Shown here piece after piece: positions 58,891 to 64,000 of a stretch of 64,000 bases of DNA (position 1 is the first letter of the stretch; each line of letters opens with the position of its first letter). Both the position numbers and the translations under genes were made by a program. This DNA is from an uncultured bacterium (GTDB taxonomy: Bacteria > Gemmatimonadota > Gemmatimonadetes > Palauibacterales > Palauibacteraceae): assembly GCA_965370685.1 (NCBI GenBank), contig CBDUVN010000001.1:1763-65762 (forward strand). The letters run 5' to 3'. The notes beneath the pieces are model-generated. The model saw only the letters and a list, made by a program, of their open reading frames with translations. It ran no database searches and was not told where the DNA came from.

Positions 58891-60619
58891 TCTTGATCTC
58901 GATCACGAGGTCCGCTTCTTCGGGCTCCGACCGTGCCCACTCCGCCACCGCCACGCCGAGAACCCAGATTACGCGGCCCGAGCGATCGACCAGTACCGGA
59001 CTGCGCCCACGGTCCTCAACGGAAAGCCGGTGCTCGGCGAACAGTTTCTTCAGCTTCCGTGTCCCTCCACGCGTGTGGATGCTGTCTCCCGGCGTCCACT
59101 CGCGAAGCCGGAGGGGAAACTGCTCGGGACCCACGGCGAGGGCAACGCGAGCAGACGAGTCCCGCCCGATCGAATCCGGAGCACTCCGACCACACGGACC
59201 CGGTCCCCAGCTGACCTGGAACGCCCGATCGCCGATTCGTGCTACGCTCCTGCCGCTGCCCTGCGACAACTCGACCACCTCCGGAAGTGCGACAACGGAC
59301 GCAGCGTGATCCGGGCTGACGCCCCCGTGAGCGCCGGCACCTCTCATGTTCACCGCATCTGCTACGGTCTGGAGTACGAGGGTGCCGAACGAACGGGTAA
59401 TCCGCAGCCCACGACCCGGCTGTACGCTGCCTCCGCTCCGACCACGCGTGATAAACTCGACCGCCATCCGGGTTCCTCCACGACTCAGTCGGATGCCACG
59501 TTGACGGGCCCACAAACGCAGTGCTTCGGCTCGCAGCAGGGAGGGCTCCGACAACCAGGTCTGTCTCAGGAATTCCTCTCGCACGGGGTCGACTCCGGAG
59601 GAGCGGGAGCGAGACAGCAGCGACCTGGCTGCTTCCTCCATCTGGCGGTTCACATCAGCCGCCCGGTCGGCCAGTTGCAGCAGCAAGGGGACCGGATCGA
59701 CCCCAAGCGCCCGTTCGAGGGCCGGGAGAAGGACGTGCCGGACCCGCGCGCGCGACCAGCGCAGGTCCGCATTGGCCGGATCATCGTCGTATGCGATGCC
59801 GTTGTCGGACAACCATGCGAGGACTTCTTGCCGCCGCAGATTCAGCAGCGGACGCACGATCTCACCTCGACGAACTGGAATCCCGCTCAGACCCCGGATT
59901 CCGGTTCCTCGCTCGATCCGAAACAGAACGGTTTCCGCCTGGTCGTCGGCCTGGTGTCCCGTGGCGATGCGCGTTGCGCCGAGGCGGGAGGCCTCGGCCT
60001 CGAGGAACTCGTACCGGGCCGCTCGAAGCGCTGCGTGCTGAAGCGGCAACCGTCCGGCGGCGCGTCCGACATGACACGGAATTCCGATCAACTTGCAGCG
60101 CCGCACGCAGCATACCGCGGCCTGACGTGACTCCGGACGCAGACCATGATCGAAATGGGCCGCGCTGACCCGGATTCGACGAGATGTTCTGAGGCCCGAC
60201 AGAAAATGCAGCAGGGCAGATGAGTCCGGTCCACCGGAAAACGCTACGAGAACATGGCTTCCGACCGGCACGAGGTCCGGCTGGACAGTAAGGAGGGTAT
60301 CCAACTCACTGGAGACGGCGTTCACCTGAACGGCCCTCCGTTCGCCAGGAGGGCCGAAGTCAGTCGATTCGCGATCCGGCCGGGCGACGACGCCCTCCCG
60401 GGACACCGTCCCGCCAGGTTCCCGCAGCTCGATGGAACTGCAGTGTCTCGGGAACCGGGACGCCGATTCTGGTGCCCCGCTCGATGTCTGCGGTCCCCTC
60501 CCCGTCAGATCCGGACGGCGAATTCTTCTCTCCGGCTGCTGTGCGCTTTTCCTCCGCCGTCCAGAATCGATTCCGACCGGCGACGTAGATCCTGAGGGCC
60601 CGTCGAAGATCGCGGCCAC
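58883..60619 (-). CDS. tilS: tRNA(Ile)-lysidine synthetase
   Basis: PP-loop SGGPDS and C-terminal TilS domain. The true start is probably about 90 codons inside the table ORF, near 60331. Confidence 0.8.
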   Translation of the reverse strand: MAAIFDGPSGSTSPVGIDSGRRRKSAQQPERRIRRPDLTGRGPQTSSGAPESASRFPRHCSSIELREPGGTVSREGVVARPDRESTDFGPPGERRAVQVNAVSSELDTLLTVQPDLVPVGSHVLVAFSGGPDSSALLHFLSGLRTSRRIRVSAAHFDHGLRPESRQAAVCCVRRCKLIGIPCHVGRAAGRLPLQHAALRAARYEFLEAEASRLGATRIATGHQADDQAETVLFRIERGTGIRGLSGIPVRRGEIVRPLLNLRRQEVLAWLSDNGIAYDDDPANADLRWSRARVRHVLLPALERALGVDPVPLLLQLADRAADVNRQMEEAARSLLSRSRSSGVDPVREEFLRQTWLSEPSLLRAEALRLWARQRGIRLSRGGTRMAVEFITRGRSGGSVQPGRGLRITRSFGTLVLQTVADAVNMRGAGAHGGVSPDHAASVVALPEVVELSQGSGRSVARIGDRAFQVSWGPGPCGRSAPDSIGRDSSARVALAVGPEQFPLRLREWTPGDSIHTRGGTRKLKKLFAEHRLSVEDRGRSPVLVDRSGRVIWVLGVAVAEWARSEPEEADLVIEIKNA

Positions 60620-60655
60620 CCGGCAACGGAACCGTAGTTTCGTTTTGCATACCGC

Positions 60656-61213
60656 TCAGACCTCCATGACCTCGGATTCGCGGTGTTTGAGCAACTCGTC
60701 GATCCGCGCAATGTGCTCATCCGTGAGCTTCTGCAGGGCATCCAGCTCCCGGTGTCCCTCGTCCTCGCTGAGATCACTGTCCTTCACGTGCTGCTCGATG
60801 TCGGATTTAGCCTTATGCCTGGCGTGTCTGACCGCGACCCGTCCTTCCTCAGCGTACTTGTGCAGCAGCTTGACCATTTCTCGACGGCGCTCTTCGGTCA
60901 GTGGTGGAATGCTCACCCGGACCAGATTTCCGTCGACGGACGGGTTGAGCCCCAGGTCAGCCGATTGAATCGCCTTCGACACGGCCGCCACGAGATTCAC
61001 ATCCCAGGGCTGGACCACGAGCATGTGCGGATCCGGCGCCGAAATCGTAGCCGTCTGGTTCAATGGCATGCGCGACTCGTACGCCTCGACCTGAACGGTA
61101 TCGAGAAGCGCCGGAGATGCCTTGCCCGTACGCACGCCGGAAAATTCTCGTTGGATCGCCTCGATGTTCCGATCCATCTGGGACGAAGCTTCTTTGAGAG
61201 CAGGGCTTTTCAT
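60656..61213 (-). CDS. frr: ribosome recycling factor
   Basis: 185 aa, with typical RRF sequence throughout. Confidence 0.93.
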   Translation of the reverse strand: MKSPALKEASSQMDRNIEAIQREFSGVRTGKASPALLDTVQVEAYESRMPLNQTATISAPDPHMLVVQPWDVNLVAAVSKAIQSADLGLNPSVDGNLVRVSIPPLTEERRREMVKLLHKYAEEGRVAVRHARHKAKSDIEQHVKDSDLSEDEGHRELDALQKLTDEHIARIDELLKHRESEVMEV

Positions 61214-61225
61214 GAGCTGATCCTC

Positions 61226-61939
61226 TCAGGATACGAGAGTTCCGATGCGCTCCCCCTGCAGTGCGGAAAGGATCGCGCCCGGCTTTCGGATGTTGAGTAC
61301 GATTACCGGAAGGTTGTTTTCGCGACAGAGCGACATCGCCGCCGCATCCATGACCTGAAGCTCGTTGTTGATCACATCCCGATACGTGAGCTCCGGCAGG
61401 AACTCCGCATTCGGATCCACGATCGGATCCGAAGAGTAGACACCATCCACCTTCGTGGCCTTGAGGATCACGTCGGCGTCAATCTCGATCGCCCTGAGAA
61501 CGGCGGCCGTATCCGTAGAGAAGTATGGATTGCCCGTGCCACCGGCGAAGATGACCACGCGGCCCTTCTCGAGATGGCGGAGCGCGCGCCGCCGAATGTA
61601 TGGTTCCGCCAGTTCCTCCATGCGGATCGCCGACATGACCCGGGTCTCGACGCCGTACCGCTCGAGAGCATCCTGGAGCGCCAGCGCGTTGATCACGGTC
61701 GCCAGCATGCCCATGTAGTCCGCGGACACCCGGTCCATTCCCTGTTGACTGGCGACCGCGCCACGCACGATATTTCCGCCGCCGACCACGAGACCCAGCC
61801 TCACGCCGGCCGCGTGAACATCGCCCACCTCATGAGTCAGCTTCTCGACGACCTTGGGCTCGATACCGAACCCCTGATCGCCGGCGAGTGATTCACCTGA
61901 GATCTTGACGAGCGCCTTAGGATAACGGAGTTCGGACAC
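61226..61939 (-). CDS. pyrH: UMP kinase
   Basis: Amino-acid kinase fold with [10 protein letters not shown]. Confidence 0.93.
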   Translation of the reverse strand: MSELRYPKALVKISGESLAGDQGFGIEPKVVEKLTHEVGDVHAAGVRLGLVVGGGNIVRGAVASQQGMDRVSADYMGMLATVINALALQDALERYGVETRVMSAIRMEELAEPYIRRRALRHLEKGRVVIFAGGTGNPYFSTDTAAVLRAIEIDADVILKATKVDGVYSSDPIVDPNAEFLPELTYRDVINNELQVMDAAAMSLCRENNLPVIVLNIRKPGAILSALQGERIGTLVS

Positions 61940-61954
61940 GGGCCTTCCCCTGGA

Positions 61955-62806
61955 TTATTCTCCGATCTCGAATCGAGCGAAGCGGCGGACCGTAACATCG
62001 TCCGCGTGCGCAGCGAGAAAATCCTCGACCGTCTGGTCTGGATCCTTCACGAACGCCTGCAGCAGCAGCAACTGCTGCTCGAAATACTTCCGCATCCGCC
62101 CTTCGACGATCTTGTCAATGATGTGCTCGGGCTTGCCCTCGGCCCTGGTCTGCTCGGTCAGGACGGCCCGCTCACGCTCCTGCACCTCCACCGGGATATC
62201 CTCCGGACGAACACCGACCGGACGCGCGGCCGCGACATGCATCGCCACGTCGCGGGCCAGACCTTCGACCTCAACGGCGCCCGCTCCGAGCAATTCCACC
62301 ATCACGCCGATCCTGCCGCCGAAGTGGAGATATGACCCGACGGCACCCTCGTCACCAGTGGCGTACCGAACAGCGCGATGCACCCGGATATTTTCACCGA
62401 TCTTCGATTGCAGGTCAGTCAGCTCCGTGGCAAACGACTCGAACTCCGGACGACCCAGCAGTTCCTCGCCCGTGAGGATCTCGCCGTCCGGTAGATCGGA
62501 GCCGACTACTGCCTCGGCAAGACGGTTGGCGAATTCCTGAAATTCCTTGTTGCGCGCCACGAAATCTGTTTCGCTGGAGACCGAGACCATCGCAGTCGCG
62601 TCATCCCGCGACACGATCTCCACCACGCCCTCCGAAGTCTCGCGCTCAGCGCGCTTCGCCGCCTTGGCGGAACCCCACTGACGGAGCAGGTCGATCGCCT
62701 GCTCTTCGTCGCCGCCCGCTTCGATGAGAGCTTTCTTGCAGTCCATCATTCCCGCGCCCGTTCGGCCGCGCAAGGACTTAACTGCCTGCGCCGTGATTCC
62801 AGACAT
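61955..62806 (-). CDS. tsf: translation elongation factor Ts
   Basis: N-terminal motif LRGRTGAGMMDCKKAL. Confidence 0.93.
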   Translation of the reverse strand: MSGITAQAVKSLRGRTGAGMMDCKKALIEAGGDEEQAIDLLRQWGSAKAAKRAERETSEGVVEIVSRDDATAMVSVSSETDFVARNKEFQEFANRLAEAVVGSDLPDGEILTGEELLGRPEFESFATELTDLQSKIGENIRVHRAVRYATGDEGAVGSYLHFGGRIGVMVELLGAGAVEVEGLARDVAMHVAAARPVGVRPEDIPVEVQERERAVLTEQTRAEGKPEHIIDKIVEGRMRKYFEQQLLLLQAFVKDPDQTVEDFLAAHADDVTVRRFARFEIGE

Positions 62807-62877
62807 CGATCTGTTCTCTCCTGGTATCCGGAATCCAGATCGAGGACTCCGCCGTTCAGTTTCGCTCAGCGATCATC

Positions 62878-62910
62878 AAAAAAAAGGGGGCCACGCTGGT
62901 GGCCCCCTTT
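62878..62910 (-). terminator. intrinsic terminator/attenuator between rpsB and tsf
   Basis: The minus-strand hairpin GGGGGCCAC-CAGC-GTGGCCCCC is followed by an 8-U tract, read from the sequence (plus strand aaaaaaaagggggccacgctggtggcccccttt). Confidence 0.75.
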
Positions 62911-62917
62911 CGCGTGC

Positions 62918-63961
62918 TCAGGGCGAGCCGCCATCTTCTTGCGCCTTCTCCGGTTCGGCGCTATCCGAATCATCCTTCGCAATCTTCGCCGGTTCCCCGC
63001 CAGGGGCACTCTCAGACTCGACGGCCACCGCAGCCAGATCCGGTTCGACAGCCGGATCCGCCACCGGTTCAGCCGGGTCCACATCCGCCTCCTCCTTCGA
63101 TGCCTCCTCCGAACCCGGCTCCGGGTCCGTCGGATGAAGTCGGCGCTTGATCAGCTCCGGCTTCGGACGCCGTCTGGGGCGCTTCTTCTTCTGCGCCGGC
63201 GCCACTGCCTCGGCTTCTCCCGTCTCGGTCGAGTAGGTGAAGACCTCCGACTCGTCCTTCCCATCTGCCCCCTTCGGTATCTCCCGCCGGGCAGCCTCGA
63301 TTTCGTCACCGAGGACGCGCGTGATCAAAGATACCGACCGGATCGCATCGTCATTACCAGCTATGGCAATCGTGAGCTTGTCCGGATCAGCATTCGTGTC
63401 CGCGATCGCGACCACGGGAATACCGAGACGGTTCGCCTCACGAACGGCGATTTCTTCCTTCCTCGCATCGATGACAAATACGAGTCCGGGAAGCTTCGTC
63501 ATGTCCTTGATGCCGGACAGATAACGATCGAGCTTCTCGCGCTCGCGCTCGAGCAGCAGCTGTTCCTTCTTCGTATAGAGTTCGTACGAGCCTTCCTCCG
63601 CGCCCCGCTCCAGCTCCTTGAGACGACGGATGTTCTTCTTGATCGTCTGGAAATTCGTGAGCATTCCGCCCAGCCAACGCTCGGTTACATAATACGCACC
63701 CACGCGTTCGGCTTCCGCCCGCACGATCGGCGCAAGCTGGGGCTTCGTGCACACGTACAGCACGGTGCCACCGTTGCGAACCGTTTCGTGAACCAGTTCA
63801 CGGGCCTTCGTCAACTCCCGAAGCGTCTTCTTGAGATCGATCAGGTAGATTCCACCACGCTCGGCGAAGATGTACTTACGCATCTTCGGGTTCCACCGGT
63901 GTGTCTGGTGGCCGAAGTGGACGCCCGCCTGCAGAAGATCCTTCAACCCGACTTCAGACAT
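62918..63961 (-). CDS. rpsB: 30S ribosomal protein S2 with extended acidic/Pro-rich C-terminal tail
   Basis: Motifs LLQAGVHFGHQTHRWNPKM and VIDARKEEIAVREANRLGIPVVAIADTN. I chose the internal Met start (MSEVGLKDLL...). A low-complexity extension of about 100 aa lies after the conserved S2 core. Confidence 0.9.
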   Translation of the reverse strand: MSEVGLKDLLQAGVHFGHQTHRWNPKMRKYIFAERGGIYLIDLKKTLRELTKARELVHETVRNGGTVLYVCTKPQLAPIVRAEAERVGAYYVTERWLGGMLTNFQTIKKNIRRLKELERGAEEGSYELYTKKEQLLLEREREKLDRYLSGIKDMTKLPGLVFVIDARKEEIAVREANRLGIPVVAIADTNADPDKLTIAIAGNDDAIRSVSLITRVLGDEIEAARREIPKGADGKDESEVFTYSTETGEAEAVAPAQKKKRPRRRPKPELIKRRLHPTDPEPGSEEASKEEADVDPAEPVADPAVEPDLAAVAVESESAPGGEPAKIAKDDSDSAEPEKAQEDGGSP

Positions 63962-64000
63962 GGGACTCCGTGCTTGCTGCTCGGTTTCGGCCTGCATCGA

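Overview
This 64 kb window is a gene-dense, high-GC segment of a bacterial chromosome made up almost entirely of core housekeeping operons. About 52 kb (11.8-64 kb) is transcribed from the minus strand. I found no CRISPR array, transposase, integrase, phage gene or other mobile element, so no classic accessory island is visible.

Main content, in window order:
- Purine and gluconeogenesis genes: purB (3' end), purC, purF, ppdK and a convergent fbp.
- A comEC / LapA-like / miaB cluster, followed by an alr–cdd–orphan lipoprotein–FadL/PorV-like outer-membrane barrel module, and mazG.
- asnS, recG, ftsY, then a BatA-like vWA membrane protein and an M23 endopeptidase lying directly downstream of ftsZ.
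- A complete division/cell-wall (dcw) cluster: mraZ-rsmH-ftsL-ftsI-murE-murF-mraY-murD-ftsW-murG-murC-murB-ftsQ-ftsA-ftsZ. There is no ddl. Four 10-bp-phased TGGGR MraZ-operator repeats lie upstream of mraZ.
- A secreted TPR protein and tRNA-Val(UAC).
- An HExxH membrane protein-rluD-lspA-DksA/TraR-ileS-divIVA-yggS block, syntenic with B. subtilis ylmE…divIVA-ileS-ylyA-lspA-ylyB.
- exbB-exbD-exbD-tonB.
- cdaA-folP-ftsH-hpt-tilS (again the B. subtilis tilS-hprT-ftsH order).
- frr-pyrH-tsf-rpsB, with an intrinsic attenuator between rpsB and tsf.

The organism appears to be a diderm: it has an OMP, TonB/ExbBD, LspA and a LapA-like protein. Yet it carries a monoderm-like division toolkit: DivIVA, a PASTA-bearing FtsI, a ylyA-like gene and the tilS-hpt-ftsH order.

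Nothing here is clearly a new system. The best candidates for uncharacterised biology are the lipoprotein/FadL-like pair, the M23+vWA module behind ftsZ, the HExxH membrane protein and the PASTA-FtsI. All calls rest on motif recognition in the six-frame translations; no database search was possible. Many long antisense ORFs in the ORF track are GC-content artefacts.
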